A stretch of DNA of 60,335 nucleotides, the filler included. It is 4 parts of 4 records of this genome, joined end to end, with 100 filler letters (N's around TTAATTAATTAA, not from the genome) between each part and the next. Parts side by side here need not be neighbours in the genome. Positions count along the whole stretch, not along the records: positions 12,420 to 40,477 come from DRR723986_616; 3 more parts are not named here. One strand, written 5' to 3'. The position numbers and the translations under genes are program-made. The notes under the pieces are model-generated. The model was not told the DNA's origin and did not search any database. It worked only from the letters and a program-made list of their open reading frames with translations. This document shows, in pieces, positions 17,269 through 26,147 of this stretch (positions within the stretch are counted from its first letter, which is position 1; every line of letters starts with the position of its first letter).

Positions 17269-18612
17269 ATGTCAGTTCATCAAGAAGTTGAGACGTTTTT
17301 ACGGAACTATCCGGATACGGAAGTTGTTGAAGTCTTGATTGCTGACTTTAACGGTATTTTTCGCGGTAAACAGGCACCTGTTTCAACGTTGGAAAAAATT
17401 GCTGATGGAGAAACATATTTCCCCATTACAACAACTTTCCTCACCACAAATGGTACAAATGCAGAATTGATATTGGATGAATTTGGCAGTGACCCGGACC
17501 GAAGGTGTCAGATGTTGCCGGGTACATTACAGCTGGTGCCTTGGGCGCTGCGCCCCACTGCACAAGTGATTGTGGAAACGGTAGACACAGACGGTGGTGC
17601 ATTTTTTGCAAACCCGCGGACAGTTATGGCGCGGGTCCTTGACCGCCTTGCCGCCATGAAATTAACACCGGTTGTCGCCTTCGAGTATGAATTTTTTCTG
17701 TTCGAGGCAGGCAGTGTACCGCCAAAGCCGCTGGCGCCGCCCAATGGCATGCCGCAGGCTAAAGATGCCAATTGCTATAATCTGGATGTATATAAAGACT
17801 ATGAACCGCTGTTGGCTGAAATAGAGCAGGTAGCAAAAGCGCAAGGCATTAATGTCACCAGTTTTGTGTGTGAATACGGAAATGGTCAGTTCGAGGTGAA
17901 CCTGAACCACTCGCCTGATGCCATGCAGGCTTGTGATGAGGCAATGATGTTGAAGCGAGTAGTTCGCGGCGTGGCACACCGGCACGGTTTGCTCGCTAGT
18001 TTCATGGCCAAGCCGCTATATGATGAGGTGGGCAATGGACTGCATGCGCACGTAAGTATGTTGAATGAAAAAGGCGACAATATTTTTGCTCAGAAGGGCG
18101 GTGAAGATTTACTGAAAAATGCACTTGGTGGCCTTTTGGATACCATGCCAGCGGCCACGCCGTTTTTCGCCCCCAATGCGAATAGCTACCGAAGGTTTGA
18201 TGCTGAATGGTTTGCGCCTGTTGTGCGCAATTGGGGTGAAAATAACAGACGGCTTTCGCTAAGGTTGCCTATGTCAGATACAAAAAATCGTCGTTTTGAG
18301 CATAGAGTGAGCGGCGCTGATGCCTCGCCGCATTTGGTTCTGGCGGCTATTTTAGCCGGTGCTCACCACGGTTTAGCGGAAAAGCTTGATCCGGGAGCGC
18401 CACTGGGAGAGTTTGATTTAGTTGATTTCAAGGACGTTTTACCCTCGCGTTGGAAACAATCCCTTGATACACTAACTGAAGATACTGTGTTTGCCGATTA
18501 TTTTGGGGGTCGGTTTATTGACTTGTATCTGCAGGTAAAACAGAGCGAAGAAGAAGAGTTTCATAGCGCTGTTTCTGCTGCGGATTACGATCAATATCTA
18601 AGAATTTTATAA
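17269..18612 (+). CDS. puuA: Glutamine synthetase-like gamma-glutamyl-polyamine synthetase (PuuA/SpuI type)
   Basis: DFNGIFRGK, EYGNGQFEVN, FMAKP, GNGLHAHVS, NSYRRF and FEHRVSGADASP motifs; sits among puuD/puuB-like genes. Start taken at ATG 17269. Confidence 0.82.
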   Translation: MSVHQEVETFLRNYPDTEVVEVLIADFNGIFRGKQAPVSTLEKIADGETYFPITTTFLTTNGTNAELILDEFGSDPDRRCQMLPGTLQLVPWALRPTAQVIVETVDTDGGAFFANPRTVMARVLDRLAAMKLTPVVAFEYEFFLFEAGSVPPKPLAPPNGMPQAKDANCYNLDVYKDYEPLLAEIEQVAKAQGINVTSFVCEYGNGQFEVNLNHSPDAMQACDEAMMLKRVVRGVAHRHGLLASFMAKPLYDEVGNGLHAHVSMLNEKGDNIFAQKGGEDLLKNALGGLLDTMPAATPFFAPNANSYRRFDAEWFAPVVRNWGENNRRLSLRLPMSDTKNRRFEHRVSGADASPHLVLAAILAGAHHGLAEKLDPGAPLGEFDLVDFKDVLPSRWKQSLDTLTEDTVFADYFGGRFIDLYLQVKQSEEEEFHSAVSAADYDQYLRIL

Positions 18613-18634
18613 TTTTAGAGACACTGTTTATCCA

Positions 18635-19948
18635 ATGAGAATTCGAGACAGCATCCATTCTGATCAGCTTCCGCCGTCATATTATGCGGCAACCAGCCGG
18701 TACCGCGAAGGCTTCCTTAGGCTTGAGGGTAACACGCGTGTTGAGGTTTGTGTTGTAGGCGGCGGATTTACTGGTGTTGCAACAGCTTTGGCGCTCGCTG
18801 AAAAAGGCGTTGATGTTGCCTTAGTCGAGCAAAATGCCATTGGTTGGGGGGCTTCGGGTCGCAACGGTGGTCAGGTTGTGGGTGGTTTTGGCCCTGAACT
18901 GAGCGAATTCGACAAATATAAATCCCTTTACGGTGCATCTGCCCAGGCCATGTGGCAGGCCGGCGTTGAATGCGTTGATATCATTCGCTCAAATGTTGAG
19001 AAATATGACATCGAATGCGATCTGACCTGGGGTTATTTCGACGCCGCGATGAATAAAAGCCATATGAAAGAGCTGATTCATGCCAAAGCAGTGATGGAAG
19101 AACGTGGTTTTCCTCACCCGCTCAAAGTCGTCTCCGCAGATGAGATTTCTTCAGTGGTAGGCTCCAAAAGGTTTGTTGGGGGCTTGGTGAACACGGGGTG
19201 GGGGCATTGTCACCCTCTAGACCTTGTGCGCGGTGAAGCAAAGGCTGCGGCAGCGTTGGGTGTAAAAATATACGAAGACGCACGTGTTTCGAAGCTTGAT
19301 TATAAAGATGATTGCATTGTAGTTGACATGGACTGGGGCAGGGTGACCGCTGACAAAGTGGTTTTAGCCTGTAATGCATATCTGGGTGATCTTGTGCCTA
19401 AACTTGCCAATAGAATGCTGCCAGTTGGTAGCTATATTATTGCGACAGAACCGCTTTCAGACGAATTAGCGGCAGAAATATTGCCGGGTAATCATGCAGT
19501 TTGTGACTTACGTTGGGCGCTAGATTATTTCAGGCTATCTGCCGATAAACGCATGTTATTTGGCGGTGTAGCAACCTATTCAGGGCTACACCCCAAGGAT
19601 ATTATCAAAAAAATGCGCCCCAAAATGCTGAAGGTTTTTCCGCAGCTGCGTGATGTAAAAATTGACTACCATTGGGGCGGTTATTTAAGTGTAGGACTCA
19701 ATCGTGTTCCGCAAGTGGGACGGTTGGACGCGCGGACATATTATGCCCAAGCTTATGCCGGGCACGGCGTCGCACCTTCACATGGCGCAGGTCAAATGAT
19801 TGCTGATGCCATCACAGGTAATGACCGACGATTGGCGATGATTGATGCAGTTAAACACCGACCGTTTCCCGGCGGCAGGTTACTTCGCAAACCGATAATG
19901 GTGACCGGTATGGCGTTTGCTCGGTTCAAAGATACCATGGGTTTGTAG
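18635..19948 (+). CDS. puuB: FAD-dependent gamma-glutamylputrescine oxidase-like protein
   Basis: SYYAAT, VVGGGFTG, GWGASGRNGGQ, LDYFRLSADKRMLFGG and YAGHGV motifs. Confidence 0.85.
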   Translation: MRIRDSIHSDQLPPSYYAATSRYREGFLRLEGNTRVEVCVVGGGFTGVATALALAEKGVDVALVEQNAIGWGASGRNGGQVVGGFGPELSEFDKYKSLYGASAQAMWQAGVECVDIIRSNVEKYDIECDLTWGYFDAAMNKSHMKELIHAKAVMEERGFPHPLKVVSADEISSVVGSKRFVGGLVNTGWGHCHPLDLVRGEAKAAAALGVKIYEDARVSKLDYKDDCIVVDMDWGRVTADKVVLACNAYLGDLVPKLANRMLPVGSYIIATEPLSDELAAEILPGNHAVCDLRWALDYFRLSADKRMLFGGVATYSGLHPKDIIKKMRPKMLKVFPQLRDVKIDYHWGGYLSVGLNRVPQVGRLDARTYYAQAYAGHGVAPSHGAGQMIADAITGNDRRLAMIDAVKHRPFPGGRLLRKPIMVTGMAFARFKDTMGL

Positions 19949-20029
19949 CAGTTTTTGCTTTTTACCGATTTTCGCTGAAAAAGTACCGTATTCGGTGTGA
20001 ATTTCGACTTTATTATGATTAATTTATTG

Positions 20030-20059
20030 ACACCGATCAGCGTTATGGTTGATCGGTGT
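20030..20059. promoter_or_regulatory. Inverted repeat overlapping TTGACA upstream of aminotransferase (candidate operator)
   Basis: ACACCGATCA-N10-TGATCGGTGT perfect 10-bp arms; TTGACA at 20027-20032. Confidence 0.5.
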
Positions 20060-20090
20060 TATTACTCATATCAAGGTCACGAGGTGTTCA

Positions 20091-21416
20091 ATGGCGCACG
20101 ATACAAAACGCATTAATGATGATTTGGCTGCTTATTGGATGCCGTTCACACCCAATAAGGGTTTCAAGGCAAACCCTAAGCTATTGGTGAGCGCTGACGG
20201 GCTTTATTATACCACCAGTGATGGCAGAAAAGTATTCGATGGTTCTTCCGGTTTATGGTGCTGTGCCTTAGGGCATAATCAGCCTAAAATTGTTGAAGCA
20301 ATCCGTGAGCAGGCCGGAAAAATGGATTATTCTACGTCGTTTGGATATGCCCACCCAGCGGCTTTTGAACTAGCGAATACATTGGCGGCGCGTATGCCGG
20401 GTGATTTAAATCACATTTTTTATACCAATAGTGGCTCTGAATCGGTTGAAACCGCGTTGAAGATGGCACTTGGCTATCACCGTTTACGCGGCGAAGGCCA
20501 GCGTGTGCGCCTCATAGGCCGGGTTGGCGGTTATCACGGTGTTGGCTTTGGCGGCATTAGTGTTGGGGGCATGGTTAACAACCGTAAGTTCTTTGGTGCT
20601 TTGTTGCCCGGCGTTGACCATCTACCGCTTCCGTATGTTGACACGATGCACTTTTCCAATGGTCAGCCCGAAAACGGTGAGCATTATGCGGATGCATTGG
20701 AAGAAATTTTGACCCTGCATGACCCCAGCACTGTTGCGGCCGTAATTGTTGAGCCTGCATCTGGTTCTGCCGGGGTTTACACACCGCCTAAAGGGTACCT
20801 TGAGAGGTTGCGTGCTATTACCAAAAAGCACGGTATTCTCCTTATATTTGATGAAGTTATCACAGCCTATGGCCGTTTGGGCTATGCCACCGCTGCCGAG
20901 CGTTTTGGTATTGAGCCAGACATTATCACAACTGCAAAGGCGCTCAATAATGGCGCTGTGCCTATGGGTGCTGTCGCAGTGCATAAGGACATATATGACG
21001 GCTTTATGGACAACGGTGGCGAAGGCGTTGAGTTTTTCCATGGATATACCTATTCGGCGCACCCGCTTGCAGTGGCGGCAGCGCAAGCAACACAAGCGCT
21101 GTATGACGAGCTAGATGTATATGCCAATGTTCGTGCATTAGAGGGCTATTTTGGTGATGCACTCCACAGCCTTGGGGAAGCGGATACAATTGTTGATGTA
21201 CGCAACATTGGCTTTATGGGAGCGCTGACGTTTGACCAGATTGATGGCAAGCCCATGAGCCGGTCCTCGCAAATTTTTCAGCGTGCTTACGAAAATGGTT
21301 TGAAAGTACGATTAAGCGGCGACCATATTGCCATTGCACCGCCCCTTGTAAGCAGCAAGTCGGATATTGATATACTTGTTGAGATGTTGTCAAAAACCAT
21401 CAATGAGATTGGGTAG
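20091..21416 (+). CDS. Class III aminotransferase (omega-amino acid/beta-alanine:pyruvate type)
   Basis: YWMPFT, NSGSESVETALK, FDEVITAYGRLG, TAK (PLP Lys) and FFHGYTYSAHP motifs. Start at ATG 20091 after GAGG. Confidence 0.92.
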   Translation: MAHDTKRINDDLAAYWMPFTPNKGFKANPKLLVSADGLYYTTSDGRKVFDGSSGLWCCALGHNQPKIVEAIREQAGKMDYSTSFGYAHPAAFELANTLAARMPGDLNHIFYTNSGSESVETALKMALGYHRLRGEGQRVRLIGRVGGYHGVGFGGISVGGMVNNRKFFGALLPGVDHLPLPYVDTMHFSNGQPENGEHYADALEEILTLHDPSTVAAVIVEPASGSAGVYTPPKGYLERLRAITKKHGILLIFDEVITAYGRLGYATAAERFGIEPDIITTAKALNNGAVPMGAVAVHKDIYDGFMDNGGEGVEFFHGYTYSAHPLAVAAAQATQALYDELDVYANVRALEGYFGDALHSLGEADTIVDVRNIGFMGALTFDQIDGKPMSRSSQIFQRAYENGLKVRLSGDHIAIAPPLVSSKSDIDILVEMLSKTINEIG

Positions 21417-21428
21417 AATTCTCCTGAA

Positions 21429-21701
21429 ATGAAGGAAAAAGCAAAAAAGATAATTCCAGCCAGCCGGCTTGGGCGGCTAGTAGTTGGAATTTTGCTCGTC
21501 ATTGGTGGTGTCCTGGGCTTTCTTCCCGTGGTCGGGTTTTGGATGATTCCCCTTGGGCTAATTGTTCTTTCGGTTGACTTTCCTTTCATCCGTCGATTCC
21601 GGCGCAAAATGGAAGTGCGGTTAGGCCGTTGGTGGCGCAGACGCAAAGAACGCCAAGAGCAAAAGAAACGTCAAGCTAAGGAAGCATCAGAGGGCGATTA
21701 A
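21429..21701 (+). CDS. Small membrane protein, PGPGW-like family
   Basis: GGVLGFLPVVGFWMIPLGLIVLS helical hairpin and basic C-terminal tail. Confidence 0.75.
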   Translation: MKEKAKKIIPASRLGRLVVGILLVIGGVLGFLPVVGFWMIPLGLIVLSVDFPFIRRFRRKMEVRLGRWWRRRKERQEQKKRQAKEASEGD

Positions 21702-21759
21702 ACTACAGGCTTGGCAAAAATGATGGCGGCAAAGATATTAAGGACGAGGTGCTAAAAAC

Positions 21760-22740
21760 ATGACATATGCAATTTCAATAGAAGATGTCCGCTCTGCTGC
21801 GCGCCAAATTGCGGGCGTGGCTGTTAGAACGCCGCTGATCGAAAATATTAAACTCAATGAAATTGCTGGTGGTCGGGTTTTTGTTAAAGCTGAAAACTTG
21901 CAGCATATGGGGGCTTTTAAATTTAGGGGCGCTTATAACCGCTTGTCGCGATTGAGCGTAGAAGAAAAGAGCCGCGGCGTGTTGGCATTTTCTAGCGGTA
22001 ATCACGCACAGGGTGTGGCTCGGGCCGCGCAGTTGTTGGGCATTCATGCCACAATCGTCATGCCAAAAGATGCGCCGCCCTTGAAGCTTGAAGCGACCCG
22101 TGGCTGCGGCGCAGAAGTGGTTTTGTATGACCGCTACACCGAAGACAGGGAACAGGTTGCCTTGGCTGTGGCGGGGGATAGCGGCGCAGTGGTTGTACCG
22201 CCGTATGATGACCCGTTTATCATGGCAGGACAGGGTACGTCAGCTCTCGAAGTGATCGAAGACCTCACAGCGCTGGGACTTACACCGGATCAAACCTTGA
22301 TTAACTGCGGCGGCGGCGGACTAGCTGCGGGGTCTTTCATCGTATATTATGATGCGTATCCTGACATTAGGGGATATGCGGTTGAGCCAGACGAGTTTGA
22401 CGATGTTAAGCGGTCGCTGGCGTGTGGCACCATTCAATCGGTAGGCTTTGATTCTCGCTCAATTTGCGATGCATTGTTAACCCCGAGTGCGGGAAAGCAT
22501 ACATTCCCAATTTTAAAAGATAACGGCGTAACGGGGTTGTCCGTTACTGATGACCAAGCCCGTGCTGCTGTTTCTTTTGCTGCCAAATACCTCAAAATGA
22601 TTGGTGAACCGGGCGGCGTTGTCTCTCTCGCAGCTATTTTGAGTGGCAAGGTTGATACTAAAGATAAAGTGACTGTTTGTATTATTTCAGGTGGTAATAT
22701 TGACCCAGACATGCTCGCAGACTGTATGGCCCGATTTTAG
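21760..22740 (+). CDS. PLP-dependent threonine/serine dehydratase family protein (no ACT domain)
   Basis: KAENLQHMGAFKFRGAYN, SSGNHAQG, GGGGL and SGGN motifs. Confidence 0.92.
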   Translation: MTYAISIEDVRSAARQIAGVAVRTPLIENIKLNEIAGGRVFVKAENLQHMGAFKFRGAYNRLSRLSVEEKSRGVLAFSSGNHAQGVARAAQLLGIHATIVMPKDAPPLKLEATRGCGAEVVLYDRYTEDREQVALAVAGDSGAVVVPPYDDPFIMAGQGTSALEVIEDLTALGLTPDQTLINCGGGGLAAGSFIVYYDAYPDIRGYAVEPDEFDDVKRSLACGTIQSVGFDSRSICDALLTPSAGKHTFPILKDNGVTGLSVTDDQARAAVSFAAKYLKMIGEPGGVVSLAAILSGKVDTKDKVTVCIISGGNIDPDMLADCMARF

Positions 22741-22855
22741 TCATGCAAGGGCTTGATAATCCTATTTTTGCACTTGGCGGGGGATAAAGCTTGGGTTATA
22801 GAGTGGTGCAAATAACGCTGTATTTGTACCAGATTGTGTTTTGGGAGGCTAAGCC

Positions 22856-22966
22856 ATGGAAATTGAAGATCAAAAAGCCACTTTTGATGGTTTTGTGAAG
22901 TATACTATTCGCTCAGTAATCGCAATTGTTGTTGTTATGGTGTTGATGGCTATCTTTGTGGCTTAA
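22856..22966 (+). CDS. ctaH: aa3-type cytochrome c oxidase subunit IV (36 aa; not in ORF track)
   Basis: MEIEDQKATFDGFVKYTIRSVIAIVVVMVLMAIFVA fits the MDIxxQxxTFxGFxK + TM pattern; GGGAGG RBS; terminator follows. Confidence 0.85.
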   Translation: MEIEDQKATFDGFVKYTIRSVIAIVVVMVLMAIFVA

Positions 22967-22984
22967 CACGCAATTTGAACGAAT

Positions 22985-23016
22985 AAAAAAGGCGCCGTTT
23001 GGCGCCGTTTTTGTTT
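22985..23016. terminator. Intrinsic terminator between convergent ctaH and hspQ
   Basis: AAAAAA-GGCGCC-GTTT-GGCGCC-GTTTTTGTTT. Confidence 0.75.
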
Positions 23017-23043
23017 GTGAGTACCGTTTAATCTAAGGTCGCT

Positions 23044-23388
23044 CTAATGGCGTGGTATAGCCTTCAGCTGATATAGGCCATTTTTCAGGTCGCCAAAAAC
23101 TTCAGGTACATCCGGATGGTTAATTGGCTCGTCCGTAGCATCAGGCATAAGATTTTGCTGCGACACATATGCCTCGTAGCTTGATTCGTCATTTTCCGCG
23201 AATAAATGGTAGTAAGGCTGGTCTTTCTCAGGGCGAATTTCCGCAGGAATAGACTCCCACCATTCCTCCGAGTTGGCAAACTCGGGGTCCACATCGAAAA
23301 TAACACCACGGAACGGAAAATACCGATGACGAACAACTTGCCCGATATTAAAAAGAGGTGACTTCGAAATTGTTGGTGTTTGGTCCAT
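23044..23388 (-). CDS. hspQ: Heat shock protein HspQ
   Basis: FNIGQVVRHR.FPFRGVIFDVDPEF, RPEKDQPYYHLFAEN and YVSQQNL motifs. Start at ATG 23388 after AAGGAG. Confidence 0.93.
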   Translation of the reverse strand: MDQTPTISKSPLFNIGQVVRHRYFPFRGVIFDVDPEFANSEEWWESIPAEIRPEKDQPYYHLFAENDESSYEAYVSQQNLMPDATDEPINHPDVPEVFGDLKNGLYQLKAIPRH

Positions 23389-23414
23389 TGTGGAGCGCTC
23401 CTTAACAACGGCTG

Positions 23415-23442
23415 AGATAAGCATCATTGGTCAGTTTGTCAA
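23415..23442 (-). promoter_or_regulatory. Candidate RpoH (sigma-32) promoter of hspQ
   Basis: Minus strand TTG-N18-CTTATCT, matching the alphaproteobacterial RpoH pattern TTG-N17/18-CYTATNT. Confidence 0.55.
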
Positions 23443-23617
23443 TTCCCCAAGCCTACTTGCTTTTGCGGCAGCATTAAGGCCCTGAAACATCGCATTTTAA
23501 TCCCTTCACGTTTACCCGGCATGAACGCGAAAGCAGATAGATATCTATAAATTTGACCACCTTAGAGCCGATTCTTCACTTTTAAGCGCATGGCAATAGC
23601 CCTGAATAAAATACGCA

Positions 23618-23650
23618 TAGTCATAAAATGATCATAAAACTGAAATGATT
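23618..23650 (+). promoter_or_regulatory. Pho-box-like 11-bp direct repeats (PhoB/OmpR family site)
   Basis: TAGTCATAAAA-TGATCATAAAA-CTGAAATGATT, versus PhoB consensus CTGTCAT-A(A/T)A(A/T). Confidence 0.55.
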
Positions 23651-23699
23651 TAGATAGGTTTCGCAGGTATGCCAATGACAAGAATAAAAAGGAAATAAT

Positions 23700-23897
23700 A
23701 TGAATGAAATGATCAATCACGACGGCCTGTCACGGCTTGTAAACTTGCAACTAACACGGCTTGCTATAACCAACCCTATCGATGCCCAGAAGGTTTTAAT
23801 GGGCATGGTTGGTGTTTACGACCAAGACGGCACGATTGTCGCCAAAGAGGTTGGGAATTACTATGCGGGTCCTCAAGCGGCGGTTGAGCAGCGTTAA
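23700..23897 (+). CDS. Hypothetical 65-aa protein
   Basis: AAGGA RBS; fills the gap between hspQ and DUF4170; no motif recognised. Confidence 0.6.
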   Translation: MNEMINHDGLSRLVNLQLTRLAITNPIDAQKVLMGMVGVYDQDGTIVAKEVGNYYAGPQAAVEQR

Positions 23898-23920
23898 GTC
23901 AACCGTTTGTGTTGCCCGGC

Positions 23921-24142
23921 CTAGTGCTCGGGTTCTAATAACTTATGTAAGTGAACCACCACATATTTAGTCATTGCATCGTCTACATTGGCCTGGCTAA
24001 CCCGGCGCCATGCGCTTTCAGCCTCAGCATAAGATGGAAAAATCCCAACAATATCTACTTTTGATGGGTCGCGAAACTCAAGTGACTGTGGGTCCTTAAC
24101 TTGTCCGCCAAAAACAAGATGAAGAAGTTGCTTGTCGGCCAT
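23921..24142 (-). CDS. DUF4170 domain protein
   Basis: QLLHLVFGG...DIVGIFPSY...AW...VDDA..KY.VVHLHKLL pattern. Confidence 0.85.
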   Translation of the reverse strand: MADKQLLHLVFGGQVKDPQSLEFRDPSKVDIVGIFPSYAEAESAWRRVSQANVDDAMTKYVVVHLHKLLEPEH

Positions 24143-24279
24143 GGTAATGTTTCCTATTCATGGTAGCGATATGCTTTTATTGTTGCTTATCACTGTTACT
24201 CTGCTGAGACGGCGCTTATGTATCAAATTGAACATAAAAGGCCACCTTTTTTTACGAATGTCTGGGGTTTTGACAAAAA

Positions 24280-24813
24280 ATGACCACTGTAGATAATTAT
24301 CTGATCACCATAATTGGCCGGGATAAAGTTGGCGTTATTTCTGAAGTGACCAGCTACCTATTTGATATTGGCGCTAATGTTGCCGACAGTTCCTATGCAG
24401 TGCTTGGTGAAGGTTTTGAGTTTTCCGCAGTTGCAAGTTTTGCTTCACATATTGATATAGCGGAAACTGAAGAAGGTTTGGCAGGCTTGGCGTCTTTGGT
24501 GGGTGCCCGTATAGCCATCGCAGCTTTTGACTTTGACACAACGCGCGGCGAGGCGGCAACCATCAGCCATACGGTTGAAATAACCGGGGGTGACCGTCCC
24601 GGTCTTATTGCTGGCATTAGTGAAGTGTTAGTGGATTACGGCGCAAACATTGTCAGGATGAGCAGCAAGCGAAATGTTGACCCTGAAGGCGTTGCGCATT
24701 ACCGCACGCGCTTTGCCATAAGTGTTGATCAATCCATAGTGGAAGGCTTGACCGCAGCTTTGGTCAACACAGCGGGTAGCTTGCGCCTTAATTGCAAGGT
24801 TGAGGCTGTTTAA
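24280..24813 (+). CDS. Tandem ACT-domain protein, GcvR-like
   Basis: Two ACT motifs: GRDKVGVISEVT and GGDRPGLIAGIS...GANI. Confidence 0.8.
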   Translation: MTTVDNYLITIIGRDKVGVISEVTSYLFDIGANVADSSYAVLGEGFEFSAVASFASHIDIAETEEGLAGLASLVGARIAIAAFDFDTTRGEAATISHTVEITGGDRPGLIAGISEVLVDYGANIVRMSSKRNVDPEGVAHYRTRFAISVDQSIVEGLTAALVNTAGSLRLNCKVEAV

Positions 24814-24841
24814 AAAGTTTCAAAGAAGATGCAGTAATACT

Positions 24842-25474
24842 TCAGTTTATGCCCGCTTCGCTCACTTCCGGACTTTTTGATTGCTCAATAAGCCAGTCTA
24901 TCAACCCATCCAGGCCAACATTTTTCACCTTGGCAGAAAATACATCGCGGTTAGTGATCATTAGGTTGATGCCTTCAAATTCCAGATTAACAATCTGAAA
25001 TTTCCCGGCTTTTTTGCGGATGCGCCAATCTGCTAAAATAGGCTGGCCTTGGTCACGTTGCACTTCTGTTTTCACGTAAACATGGCCATTTCTTCCAGAT
25101 GCAGGCTTGGTGCCGATAACTTGCAGTTCGCGAAAACCAATTTGGGTCATGCGCTTGTCAAACTCTGCAACAATATAGTCGCCCATGGCTTCCATATAAC
25201 GTGTGCGTTGATCTCTGGTCGCTGTCCGGAAATGACGACCAAGCATACCACGTGCAAGCAAATTAATGTCTGTAGATTGTTCAAAAATAGACCGAAAAGC
25301 TTTGGCCCTCTCTTCCTCGGTGAGTTTGCTGTCGCTCCAGGCGGCAATGGTTTCACTGGCGATGTTTTGAACAAACTCTATTGCACCGCGTTCGTCTTCA
25401 GCGGCCGTTGATTGCGCTTGCGCAGGAAAGGTGGCAAAAAGCAAAAGCGTGCAGTATATGGCAATTTTTTTCAT
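24842..25474 (-). CDS. mlaC: MlaC/Ttg2D family periplasmic lipid-binding protein
   Basis: Signal peptide, ARGMLGRHFR and DWR...IVNLEFEGINL...R motifs. Confidence 0.8.
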   Translation of the reverse strand: MKKIAIYCTLLLFATFPAQAQSTAAEDERGAIEFVQNIASETIAAWSDSKLTEEERAKAFRSIFEQSTDINLLARGMLGRHFRTATRDQRTRYMEAMGDYIVAEFDKRMTQIGFRELQVIGTKPASGRNGHVYVKTEVQRDQGQPILADWRIRKKAGKFQIVNLEFEGINLMITNRDVFSAKVKNVGLDGLIDWLIEQSKSPEVSEAGIN

Positions 25475-25534
25475 TCAGTCCTCGCGTTATTCTATTGTCA
25501 CAGCAAATGCTGCTGTGTGCTAATGGCAGCGGTG

Positions 25535-25966
25535 CTACTCTTCTGCCACGATTGTGGCGATTCTCAGGTACGCCATTAAGTCTTTACGTTGTTGCTCATT
25601 TCTAAGACCAGCAAATGACATTTTATTACCCGGTAAAAACTTTCTAGGCTCTGCCAGCCAACTATCAAGAGCTGTTTCGCTCCATGCGAAATCGGCTTCC
25701 TGCAACGCCTTGGAATATTTAAAGCCTTCAGCTGCGCCTGCATTGCGCCCAAATAAATTATCAAGGTTTGGGCCAATACGTGTTCGTGCCGTTGCCGTTA
25801 AGTTATGACAAGCTCGGCACCGGTTAAATATGCGTTTGCCTTTAACGGCATCGCCCGCGGAAGACAGCGTTGTGTCCGCTGCATCATAGGCATAAACGGG
25901 CAGGGCAGCCATGGCGGGCGTTAGGCCTAACAACACATAAACAAGGCATGTAAGCGGAAATTTCAT
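25535..25966 (-). CDS. Class I cytochrome c (c2-like)
   Basis: Signal peptide, CRACH heme site, GPNL, FKYS and PGNKMSFAGL motifs. Confidence 0.95.
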   Translation of the reverse strand: MKFPLTCLVYVLLGLTPAMAALPVYAYDAADTTLSSAGDAVKGKRIFNRCRACHNLTATARTRIGPNLDNLFGRNAGAAEGFKYSKALQEADFAWSETALDSWLAEPRKFLPGNKMSFAGLRNEQQRKDLMAYLRIATIVAEE

Positions 25967-26147
25967 CTAATACTCCAGTATAGCCGGTCAACCATTTAAA
26001 TTCAGTTGGCGCATGATTGGCAATTACGCCTGAACCTACGGTGAATAGTGTCTCGACTGGTGCGGCGAATGTCGATGCTTCATACCGTCACATATAGTCA
26101 AATTTTGTGGTCAGCAATCAAAATTGCTGACCAGTTTTTTGCGCAAG

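Noticed and set aside
17269-18612. Canonical glutamine synthetase glnA
   Set aside because: Sequence style and puuB/puuD context indicate a gamma-glutamyl-amine ligase.
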